The notes under the pieces: generated by a model
Seen by the model: only the letters and a program-made list of their open reading frames with translations
Database searches by the model: none
Told to the model about the DNA's origin: nothing
NCBI GenBank assembly: GCA_040954595.2
Contig: JBECUI020000055.1
Location: forward strand, 1-57,033
From: Balanoglossus misakiensis
Lineage: Eukaryota > Animalia > Hemichordata
Length of the DNA stretch: 57,033 bases
Direction: 5' to 3'
Shown: one piece after another, positions 47,064 through 57,033 of the stretch
Layout of the letters: the number at the start of each line of letters is the position of its first letter
Position numbering within the stretch: position 1 is the stretch's first letter
Made by a program: the position numbers and the translations under genes

Positions 47064-49982
47064 TTAGAGAGTTGGAAGGGGGATGTCGGGCTGGTCTGGA
47101 AGGTTTTTGATGTGGGGGTGGAAGGGGGTAGTACCGTTGACCCGGCCGTCGATGATCCAAGCATCGTTGGACCAGCCTAGATTGCCCATGTCGGTTCCGG
47201 TGTACCAGGTTGAGGTTTTTAGTTGTTCCAGGGTTACGGCGCTGCCTTCGGTGTTGGGAGTGACGTTGTCAGGGGGGGTGATGGTCTGGTTGTCATAGTA
47301 GTAGCTGTTCCTTATGGTATCTTGAGACTGTCTTCCTAGCAACCTCCCAATGTTCTCAATGGTTGCCGAGACAGCTCCGGTGGCATAACTGTTTGTTATA
47401 AAATGAGCAGAGTACTGTTGTCCGACCAAACCACCTACGACTTGTTCCCCCGAGACATCTCCGGTGGCATAGCTGTTCGTTATGGGACCAGCAAAGATCG
47501 AACCGACCAAGCCGCCAAGGGCACTTGTCCCCGTGACTGACCCAGTGGCATAGCTACCCCTTATGGGATTATTCGTATCTGTCCACAATTGTCCGACCAA
47601 GCCGCCAAGGGCACTTGTCCCCGTGACTGACCCAGTGGCATAACTATTCGTTATGGTACCACCACCACCATACCCAAAGCAAACCACCCACATTTTGGCC
47701 CTGCCCCGAGACATTACCGGTGGCATAGCTTCCTGTTATATTCCTTGAGTTGCTTCCAACCAAACCACCTACGGTTTCTTCCCCCGAGACATCCCCAGTG
47801 GCATGGCTATCTGTTATGCCCCCATTATTCTCTCCAACCAAACCACCCACATTTTGGCCCTGCCCCGAGACATTACCGGTGGCATAGCTTCCTGTTATGG
47901 GTCCTCTCGTATCTCCAACCAAACCACCCACGACTTGATCTCCCGAGATATCCCCGGTAGCATAGCTGCCTGCTATGCTACCAGTACTATACCCAGCAAA
48001 CCACCCACATATTGGCCCTGTCCCGAGACATCTCCAGTGGCATAGCTTCCGCTTATGGTACCTCGGCTATAACCGACCAAAGTACCTACGCTAGCATTCC
48101 CCGAGACAGAGCCCCCCAGCAGCCCCAGATCCTTAATTTGACCTCCAGCAAGCATAGAATTAAAAAAACCGACTCTATTAGCTTCAGGTGTCGTGATGCT
48201 CATTCCCTCGATACTGTGTTTTTTACCATCAAAGTTCCCAGCATATCCACCGCTTACGTAGTTTCCATCGTTGTCATAAGTTCCAGGAGTAAGAGGTGTC
48301 CAGTTACCGTTATCGGCATCATCGTCGCTGTCGAAGGGGTCATCCATAACCCCATCGTTGTCGGCGTCAGCGAAGTTGAGGTTTGTTTTTAAACTCGTAG
48401 TTCCAGTTATCGGTGTAGTTTTCCGTATCCACTCCGATTTTAGCCAGTTCGCTTAGGCGGTGGATGTGCTGCGTGCCGTCGGCTGTGGGGATGAGGGGCG
48501 TGGAATAGCGGTACTCAGCGCTGTCGTCACTCAGGAGGGTACGCAGGTAGTGGGTGCTATCATCAATGAGCCCGTCTATTACCAGGGCTTTCTCGTTGCC
48601 CAGGCCCTCGCCAGTAAAGGTGAGTTCCTTGGTGATCGTCGTGAAATCTTTATTTGTGGAGGCCTGGATTTTTGCTTCTGTACCTTCGAGAGCCTCAACC
48701 ATGGCCGTTATCTTTCCTGAACGGGTATGGCATCGGTAATGCGGGCGATGGGAAGGATGTAGGGATTGCCGGGGGCTTCTGTCCAGTCGCTTGTTTCCCC
48801 TTGGGAGTTTAGGCCCTGAAGTCGAATGTAGTAGGGATTTCCTCTGGTCATGCCAGTAAAACTTATCTCTTCCTCTCTCTCCTGAGGCTTCGAGGGATTC
48901 TGGAGGCCACGGCTTGGTCTGAGTAGTCAGCCTGGTTGTGTACCGAGGCAGTGATGGTGACCCCGCTTAGGGCTTTGATGCTGAGGATAAGGGTGAGATT
49001 GGCAGAGTCGAGACTAACCCCTTCTATGCTGACTGTGGGGTGTGGTCTTGGGATACTGGGGTTGCTTGAGAGTTCTATCCAGTCTGTGGGGTTTTCTGGG
49101 TCGTCTTGGTATGCTTTTGCCCGCAGGTAGTAGGGGGTTTCGTTTGTCAGGCCGGTCAAGGTTATGTCCTGGGCTGCTGTTGCCGTTGGGTCAGAGTCTG
49201 CCGTTGCGGCGGCAGGTTCAGTAAAGCCAGGTTCGGTGTAAGCTGCTACGGTGATGGTGATGCCAGGTAGGGCTTTGAGGCTGATGATGATGCTTTGATG
49301 TTCGGGGTCTACGTTTTCAATGACAGCGGGGTCCAGGACCGCTTTTTGTGTGCCGAAGCCGCTCCAGGGGGCTTCTGAGTAGCCGGTGGAGCCGATGGGG
49401 TAGTTTAAGGTAATAGCCGTTAAGGATGAAGGAAAGGCTTCGCCGGGCTGCCTGTAAAGCTGGGGGACGTTGGGGCTAAGATGGTGAGCTTGGTCAGGGC
49501 CGTAGCGGCGAAGGCCAGGCTTCCTATGGAGCTAATGCCTTTTCCTAGGTGAACTTCAGCAAGGGAGGCCGATGCGTTAAAGGCTTCATCTTCTATGGTT
49601 TTTACAGTGTCTGGTATGGTTACGCTGGTAAGGGATGAGTTTTTAAAGGCTGCTTTGGCTATGGTGGTCACAGGCTTGTCTTGAATGACTGAGGGTATGG
49701 TGAGGGTTGTGCTGTCTTGTGTTGCCAGACCAGTAATGGTGATTTCCGTGCCGTTGTCCCGGTAGGTGACCGCTTCAAAGGAAGGAGCAGCGGGGTTATT
49801 ACAGGAGCTTAAAAGGTAGAAGGCAAGGGGTAAAAGGGTGACTCTTTCAGCTAAGGTTTTCCTTTGACCTCTTACGCGGGAAAGTGAGTGAGTGAGTGAG
49901 TGAGTGAGTGAGTGAGTGAGTGAGTGAGTGAGTGAGTGAGTGAGTGAGTGAGTGAGTTGGTCAATAAATTCATATCTTTCAT
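47064..49982 (-). CDS. Surface lipoprotein copy C (LRR, three FN3-like modules, GLUG repeats); out of frame at the SSR plus other indels
   Basis: ATG at 49982 after AAGGAG; LLSSC lipobox; homologous to copy A across ORF fragments 49420-49671, 48863-49159, 48367-48702, 47973-48347, 47644-47931 and 47064-47726. Confidence 0.8.
49883..49957 (-). repeat. (ACTC)n tract, 18 full units plus 3 bp, in 5' coding region of copy C
   Basis: Plus strand (AGTG)18 AGT, 75 bp, located between the ATG and the signal peptide h-region. Confidence 0.92.
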
Positions 49983-50019
49983 ATGCTGGGTCTCCTTACA
50001 AGTTTAATTTAATTGGTCT

Positions 50020-50048
50020 ATCTTATCGTAGTGATACTTTTTTGTCAA
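50020..50048 (-). promoter_or_regulatory. Sigma70-type promoter of copy C
   Basis: Minus strand TTGACA-17 bp-TAAGAT, nearly identical to the copy A promoter. Confidence 0.65.
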
Positions 50049-50247
50049 GTCTTTTCCTTAGGTCTAAGACTTTTGATTGAGCAGTAATAATTGAATAAGG
50101 ACACTACGGTATAAAAGCTTATTGCGTTTTAGAGGGAAAACCAAGTTTTTAAAAGATTATTTTCTGTTTTATGGGAAGTATGGTCTTGGGAGTGGAGGTT
50201 GGTATTAGAAAGGAGTGGTTTGGGAGGTAGTCTGGTCTGTTGGGGTG

Positions 50248-51275
50248 AGCCTCCCAAGTCCCGCCCGAAGTGGGGGGGCTTGGGAGGGCGGGTTTGCTTG
50301 ACGGGATTGCTGGTAGGGATAGGGCTTCCCTTGGGATTGCGGGGAGAGGTGCAGACTAGGGTTTGGGGGTGAGGTGGGGCTGTATGGCCTTTGGGGGAAG
50401 CCTTCCAAGTCCCGCCCGAAGTGGGGGGGCTTTGGGGGGCGGGTTTGCTTGACGGGATTGCTGGTAGGGATAGGGCTTCCCTTGGGATTGCGGGGAGAGG
50501 TTCAGGCTAGGGTTTGGGGGTGAGGTGGGGCTGTATGGCCTTTGGGGGGAAGCCTTCCAAGTCCCGCCCGAAGTGGGGGGGCTTTGGGGGGCGGGTTTGC
50601 TTGACGGGATTGCTGGTAGGGATAGGGCTTCCCTTGGGATTGCGGGGAGAGGTGCAGACTAGGGTTTGGGGGTGAGATGGGGCTGTATGGCCTTGGGGGG
50701 AAGCCTTCCAAGTCCCGCCCGAAGTGGGGGGCTTTGGGGGGCGGGTTTGCTTGACGGGATTGCTGGTAGGGATAGGGCTTCCTTGGGATTGCGGGGAGAG
50801 GTGCAGACTAGGGTTTGGGGGTGAGGTGGGGCTGTATGGCCTTGGCGGGGAAGCCTTCCAAGGCCCCTCCCAGAGGGGGGGCTTGGAGGGCGGGATTGCT
50901 GGTAGAGGCATCATCCCCGCCTTTGCGGGGTGTCTTGGGAGGGGGGGTGATGGTTAGGGATAGGGCTTCCCTTGGGATTGCGGGGAGAGGTGCAGGCTAG
51001 GGTTTGGGGGTGAGGTGGGGTTGTATGGCCTTGGCGGGGAAGCCTTCCAAGGCCCCTCCCAGAGGGGGGGGCTTGGAGGGCGGGATTGCTGGTAGAGGCA
51101 TCATCCCCGCCTTTGCGGGGGTGTCTTGGGAGGGGGGGGTGATGGTTAGGGATAGGGCTTCCCTTGGGATTGCGGGGAGAGGTTCAGGCTAGGGTTTGGG
51201 GGTGAGGTGGGGCTGTATGGCCTTGGCGGGGAAGCCTTCCAAGCCCCCTCCCAGAGGGGGGGGCTTGGAGGGCGG
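50248..51275. repeat. G-rich tandem array: four ~151-bp units, two ~190-bp units and a partial unit
   Basis: AGCC(T/C)TCCAAG-type anchor recurs at about 50248, 50399, 50551, 50702, 50852, 51041 and 51233; each unit carries a long GC hairpin. Confidence 0.9.
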
Positions 51276-51280
51276 GATGG

Positions 51281-53879
51281 TTAGAGTGTTGGAAGGGGGA
51301 TGTCGGGCTGGTCTGGAAGGTTTTTGATGTGGGGGTGGAAGGGGGTAGTACCGTTGACCCGGCCGTCGATGATCCAAGCATCGTTGGACCAGCCTAGATT
51401 GTCCGTGTCGGTTCCGGTGTACCAGGTTGAGGTTTTTAGTTGTTCCAGGGTTACGGCGCTGCCTTCGGTGTTGGGAGTGACGTTGTCAGGGGGGGTGATG
51501 GTCTGGTTGTCATAGTAGTAGCTGTTCCTTATGGTATCTTTGAGACGGTCTTCCTAGCAACCTCCCAATGTTCTCAATGGTTGCCGAGACAGCTCCGGTG
51601 GCATAGCTGTTTGTTATGGTAGCACTGCTAACTCCGACCAGGCCACCTACGGATCGTTCCCCCGAGACATCTCCGGTGGCATAGCTGTTCGTTATGGGAC
51701 CAGCAATGATCTCACCGACCAAGCCGCCAACGGTAGTCGTCCCCGTGACTGACCCAGTGGCATAGCTACCCCTTATGGGATTATTCGTATCTGTCCACAA
51801 TAGTCCGACCAAGCCGCCAACGGCAGTCGTCCCCGTGACTGACCCAGTGGCATAATTATTCGTTATGGTACCACCAGCAACATATCCAACCAAGCCACCC
51901 ACATAGCCGCTCTGCCCCGTAACTGCCCCGGTAGCATAGCTGCCTATTATATTCCTTGTGCTGCTTCCAACCAAACCACCCGTCTTATCGCCCAGCCCTG
52001 AGACATCCCCAGTGGCATGGCTGTTTGTTATGAGAGCTAAGCTGAACCCAAGCAAACCACCAACAGTGTGGCCCTGCCCCGAGACATTACCGGTGGCATA
52101 GCTTCCTGTTATGGGTCCTCTCGTATCTCCAACCAAACCACCCACATAGTCGCCCTGCCCCGTAACTGCCCCGGTAGCATAGCTGTCTGCTATGCTACCA
52201 GTACTATACCCAAGCAAGCCACCCACAAAATCACCCTGCCCCGAGACATCTCCAGTGGCATAGCTTCCGCTTATGGTACCTCGGCTATAACCGACCAAAG
52301 TACCTACGCTAGCATTCCCCAAGACAGAGCCCCCCAGCAGCCCCAGATTCTCGATTTTCCCTCTGGCATCCATGACCTCAAATAAGCCGACTCGATTCTC
52401 TTCAGGGGTCGTGATAATCATTCCCTCAATGCTGCGGTTCATACCGTCAAAGCTCCCCTCATACCCACCGCTTTGGTAGGCTCCAGTATCGCTATAAACC
52501 CCAGGAGGTAAGAGGTGTCCAGTTACCGTTATCGGCATTGTCGTCGCTGTCAAAGGGGTCATCCATAACCCCGTCGTTGTTGGCATCGGCAAAGTTGAGG
52601 TTCATTTTTAACTCGTAGTTCCAGTTATCGGGGTAGTTTTCCGTATCCACTCCGATTTTGGCCAGTTCGCTCAGGCGGTGGATGTACTGCTTGCCGTCGG
52701 CGGTGGGGATGAGGGGAGTGGTATAACGGTGCTCAGCGCTGCCGTCACTGAGCAGGGCCCGCAGGTAGTAGGTGGTTTCCTTGCTGAGTCCGTCTATTTC
52801 CACTGTTTGAGAGTCGAGGCTGCCTGTAAAGAAGTCTTCTTTGATTATAATGCTAAAATCCTTGTCGATGAATGCTTGGAGTTTTGCTTCCATCCCTTCA
52901 GAAGCTTCAACGTCAACCGTGATTTTGCCCGAACTGGGGGTGGCATCAATAATGACGATGCCGCGGGGAGAGTAGGAAGTGGGAAGATTGATCCATTCGG
53001 TGGAGTTGTCCTGGTTGTCTTGGTAGGCCCTAGCCCGCAGGTGATAAGAGGTTCCGTCGGTGAGGTTGCTTAAGGTTAGTTTTTGGGAAGTTGTTGCCGT
53101 TGGGTCTGAGTCTGCTGTTGCGGCAGCAGTGCCAGCGAATGAGGCTTCGGTGTGGGCTTCTACGGTGATGGTGAGGCCAGGTAGGGCTTTCAGGCTGATG
53201 ATGATGCTTTGCAGTGCGGGGTCTACGTTTTCAATGACATCGGGGTCCAGAAACTGAAGGTGTTGGCTAATGCTGCTCCAAGGGGCTTCGGAGTAGCCTG
53301 TGGATCCTATGGGATAACTTAGGGTGATTTCTGTTAGAGATGCGGGGAAGGCTTCAGCGGGGCTGCCTGCAAAACTGGGGGCCCTTGGGGGCAAGATGGT
53401 CAGATTGCTCAGAGCCGTCCCGGCGAAGGCCAGATTGCCTATGGAAGTTAAGCCCTTACCCATGTGCACTTCGCTTAAGGAAGCCGATGCGTTGAAAGCT
53501 TCGTCTCCTATGGTAATTACGCTGTCTGGAATACTCACGCTGCTGAGGGATGAATTTTTAAAGGCTGCCTTGGCAATGGCCGTGACGGGCTTGTTATGAA
53601 TGAAAGGGGGTATGCTTAAGCTGCTGATGTCTTGGTTTGCCAGACCAGTAATGGTGATTTCCCTGCCTTCGTCCCGGTAGCTAAGCGCTTCAAAGGTAGG
53701 AGCAGCAGGATTAGCACAGGAAGTTAAGATGTAAAAAACGAGGGGGAGAAGGAGGAGTTTTTTAGCTTTAGCTAAGGTTTCTCTTTGATCTCTTACGCGG
53801 GGAAGTGAGTGAGTGAGTGAGTGAGTGAGTGAGTGAGTGAGTGAGTGAGTGAGGTGAGTGAGTTGATAGATACATTCAT
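51281..53879 (-). CDS. Surface lipoprotein copy D (LRR, two FN3-like modules, GLUG repeats); out of frame at the SSR
   Basis: ATG at 53879 after AAGGAG; ILTSC lipobox; ORFs 52492-53538 and 51510-52592; stop TAA at 51281-51283. Confidence 0.82.
53804..53863 (-). repeat. (ACTC)n tract, about 14 units with one 1-bp interruption, in 5' coding region of copy D
   Basis: Plus strand (AGTG)12 AGGTG AGTG AGT, 60 bp. Confidence 0.9.
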
Positions 53880-53916
53880 ATGCTTGATCTCCTTATACAA
53901 TTAAATTTGATTGACA

Positions 53917-53945
53917 ATAGTAGAGCTGTGATGCTTTTTTGTCAA
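53917..53945 (-). promoter_or_regulatory. Sigma70-type promoter of copy D
   Basis: Minus strand TTGACA-17 bp-TACTAT, same position relative to the RBS as in copies A and C. Confidence 0.65.
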
Positions 53946-54086
53946 GTCCGTACTATGGCTCAAGGCTTTTTAAAGGCGTTTGAGTTATTACAGCGCATAG
54001 CTTATTTTTTATAAGTTTATCACTCTTGCTAAGAAATCACAAGTTATGGGAATATTTTCTTCTCTTGGGTGTGTGGTTTGGCTTTT

Positions 54087-54610
54087 GGGGAGGGGGACTG
54101 GTGTGGGACTTGCTTGGTAGCATCCCCCCCCCAGAAAATGCAGGGGAGGGGGGGGGCTGGTGTGGGATTTGCTTGGTAGCATCCCCCCCCCCCGAAAATG
54201 CAGGGGAGGGGGACTGGTGTGGGACTTGCTTGGTAGCATCCCCCCCCCCAGAAAATGCAGGGGAGGGGGGGCTGGTGTGGGACTTGCTTGGTAGCATCCC
54301 CCCCCCAGAAAATGCAGGGAAGGGGGGGCTGGTGTGGGATTTGCTTGGTAGCATCCCCCCCCCCAGAAAATGCAGGGAAGGGGGGGCTGGTGTGGGACTT
54401 GCTTGGTAGCATCCCCCCCCCAGAAAATGCAGGGGAGGGGGGGCTGGTGTGAGATTTGCTTGGTAGCACCCCCCCCCCCCCGAAAATGCAGGGGAGGGGG
54501 GGCTGGTGTGGGACTTGCTTGGTAGCATCCCCCCCCCCAGAAAATGCAGGGAAGGGGGACTGGTGTGGACTTGCTTGGTAGCATCCCCCCCCCGAAAATA
54601 CAGGGGGGGG
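54087..54610. repeat. Tandem array of nine ~58-bp poly-C/poly-G hairpin units
   Basis: Unit GGG(G/A)AG5-9(A)CTGGTGTG(G/A)GA(C/T)TTGCTTGGTAGCAT-Cn-(A)GAAAATGCA; CTGGTGTG occurs nine times. Confidence 0.92.
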
Positions 54611-54615
54611 TATGG

Positions 54616-57033
54616 TTAGAGTGTTGGAAGGGGGATGTCGGGCTGGTCTGGAAGGTTTTTGATGTGGGGGTGGAAGGGGGTAGTACCGTTGACCCGGCCG
54701 TCGATGATCCAAGCATCGTTGGACCAGCCTAGATTGTCCGTGTCGGTTCCGGTGTACCAGGTTGAGGTTTTTAGTTGTTCCAGGGTTACGGCGCTGCCTT
54801 CGGTGTTGGGAGTGACGTTGTCAGGGGGGGTGATGGTCTGGTTGTCATAGTAGTAGCTGTTCCTTATGGTATCTTGAGACGGTCTTCCTAGCAACCTCCC
54901 AATGTTCTCCATGGTTGCCGAGACAGCTCCGGTGGCATAACTGTTTGTTATGGTAGCACTGCTATCTCCGACCAGGCCACCTACGGATCGTTCCCCCGAG
55001 ACATCTCCGGTGGCATAGCTGTTCGTTATGGGACCAGCAAAGACCGAACCGACCAAGCCGCCAAGGGCACTCGTCCCCGTGACTGACCCAGTGGCATAGC
55101 TACCCCTTATGGGATTATTCGTATCTGTCCACAATTGTCCGACCAAGCCGCCAAGGTTAGACCTCCCCGTGACCGACCCAGTGGCATAATTATTCGTTAT
55201 GGTACCACCAGAAACATCCCCAACCAAGCCACCCACCCGGTCCTGCCCCCCCGAGACATCCCGGTGGCATAGCTGCCTATTATATTCTTTGTGCTGTTTC
55301 CAACCAAACCACCCACATTGTGACCCTGCCCCGAGACATCCCCAGTGGCATGGCTGTTTGTTATGAGAGCTGAGCTGAACCCAAGCAAACCACCAACATT
55401 TTGGCCCTGCCCCGAGACATTACCGGTGGCATAGCTTCCTGTTGTTATGGGTCCTCTCGTATCTCCAACCAAACCACCCACATAGTCGCCCTGCCCCGTA
55501 ACTGCCCCGGTAGCATAGCTGTCTGCTATGCTGCCAGTACTATACCCAAGCAAGCCACCCACAAAAAAACCCTGCCCCGAGACATCTCCAGTGGCATAGC
55601 TTCCGCTTATGGTACCTCGGCTATAACCGACCAAAGTACCTACGTTAGCATTCCCAAGACAGAGCCCCCCAGCAGCCCCAGATTCTCGATTTTCCCTTTG
55701 GCAGCAACGACCTCAAATAAACCGACTCGATTCTCTTCAGGGGTCGTGATAATCATTCCCTCAATGCTGTGGTTCATACCGTCAAAGCTCCCCTCATACC
55801 CACCGCTTTGGTAGGCTCCAGTATCGCTATAAACCCCAGGAGTAAGAGGTGTCCAGTTACCGTTATCGGCATTGTCGTCGCTGTCAAAGGGGTCATCCAT
55901 AACCCCGTCGTTGTTGGCGTCGGCAAAGTTGAGGTTAATTTTTAACTCGTAGTTCCAGTTATCGGGGTAGTTTTCCGTATCCACTCCGATTTTGGCCAGT
56001 TCGCTCAGGCGGTGGATGTACTGCTTGCCGTCGGCGGTGGGGATGAGGGGAGTGGTATAGCGGTGCTCAGCGCTGCCGTCACTGAGCAGGGCCCGCAGGT
56101 AGTAGGTGGTTTCCTTGCTGAGTCCGTCTATTTCCACTGTTTGAGAGTCGAGGCTGCCTGTAAAGAAGGCTTCTTTGCTTATAATGCTAAAATCCTTGTC
56201 GATGAATGCCTGGAGTTTTGCTTCCATCCCTTCAGAAGCTCCAACGTCAACCGTGATTTTTCCCGAACTGGGGGTGGCATCAATAATGACGATGCCGCGG
56301 GGAGAGTAGGAAGTGGGAAGTTCTATCCATTCGCTTGTCTTTGCAGGGGAGACCTGGTCTCCTTTGGCCCGCAGGTGATAGGTGCTACCGTTAATCAGGC
56401 CAGTCAAGCTTATCTCCTGGACTGCTGTAGCCGTCGGGTCAGAGTCTGCCCTTGCAGCGGCTTCGCCTGAGAAGGTGGCCTCGGTGTGGGCTTCTACGGT
56501 GATGGTGACGCCGGGTAGGGCTTTGAGGCTGATGATAAGGCTTTGATAATCCTGGACTACATTTTCAATGACAGCGGGGTCTAGGACCGCTTTAAGTGTG
56601 CCGAAGCCGCTCCAAGGGGCTTCGGAATAGCCCTCGGCTCCGATGGGGTAGTTCAGGGTGATTTCTGTTAGAGAGGCGGGGAAGGCTTCAGCGGGACTGC
56701 CTGCAACGCTGGGGGCCGATGGGGCCAGGACGGTGAGCTTGTTCAGAGCCGTCCCGGCGAAGGCCAGGCTGCCTATGGAGCTAATACCGTTTCCTAGATG
56801 CACTTCGCTTAAGGAAGCCGATGAGTTGAAAGCTTCGTCTCCTATGGTAATTACGCTGTCTGGAATACTCACGCTGCTGAGGGATGAATTTTTAAAGGCT
56901 GCCTTGGCAATGGCCGTGACGGGCTTGTTATGAATGAAAGGGGGTATGCTTAAGCTGCTGTTGTCTCGTGTTGCCAGGCCAGTAATGGTGATTTCCCTGC
57001 CTTCGTCCCCGGTAGCTAAGCGCTTCAAAGGTA
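54616..57033 (-). CDS. Surface lipoprotein copy E (5' end beyond the window), frameshifted
   Basis: ORFs 55640-57028, 55197-55634 and 54616-55236; N-half near-identical to copy A, C-terminus near-identical to copies C and D. Confidence 0.82.

Noticed and set aside
50248-54610. Tandem arrays as CRISPR arrays
   Set aside because: Units are near-identical along their whole length with no unique spacers, and no cas genes are present.
54009-54716. Pro/Gly/Cys-rich ORFs across the 58-bp array (and similar ORFs at 50205-51381)
   Set aside because: They are open in several frames on both strands because the repeat lacks stops, have no RBS, and homopolymer lengths shift frames between units.
47064-55634. 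GLUG-region variation as DGR mutagenesis
   Set aside because: Differences I compared between D and E are not adenine-restricted and include whole-unit swaps; no RT or template repeat is seen.

Overview
Bacterial chromosomal window, most likely from a spirochaete: the murG-cvpA-holB-like-sensor kinase-NtrC order matches the Borrelia hk2/rrp2 locus, and the lipoproteins have spirochaete-like signal peptides. Left to right it holds: a polar amino-acid ABC transporter; an M20 hydrolase; an AT-rich defence islet (5'-nucleotidase, orphan ORF, Gabija-like gajAB with a degenerate TOPRIM site, orphan type III mod); a 2-hydroxyacid dehydrogenase; two GLUG-repeat surface lipoprotein genes plus a headless GLUG cassette; ychF; a 10-gene TCA-cycle superoperon (acnA-sdhAB-sucCD-sucAB-lpdA-gltA-fumC); TPR, rubredoxin, GH12-like and FGE-domain genes; the murG...rrp2-like operon; an IS3 remnant; and three more tandem GLUG lipoprotein paralogues on the minus strand. 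The most striking signal is a candidate surface-variation system built on this lipoprotein family. Three copies carry (ACTC)n tracts just after the start codon (4, about 14 and 18 units; in frame, out of frame and out of frame as assembled). The paralogues are patchworks of each other, a promoterless donor-like cassette is present, and G-rich hairpin tandem arrays fill the spacers. Caveat: many housekeeping genes are broken by single-base indels, typical of unpolished long-read assembly, so frame states and exact repeat counts need read-level confirmation.
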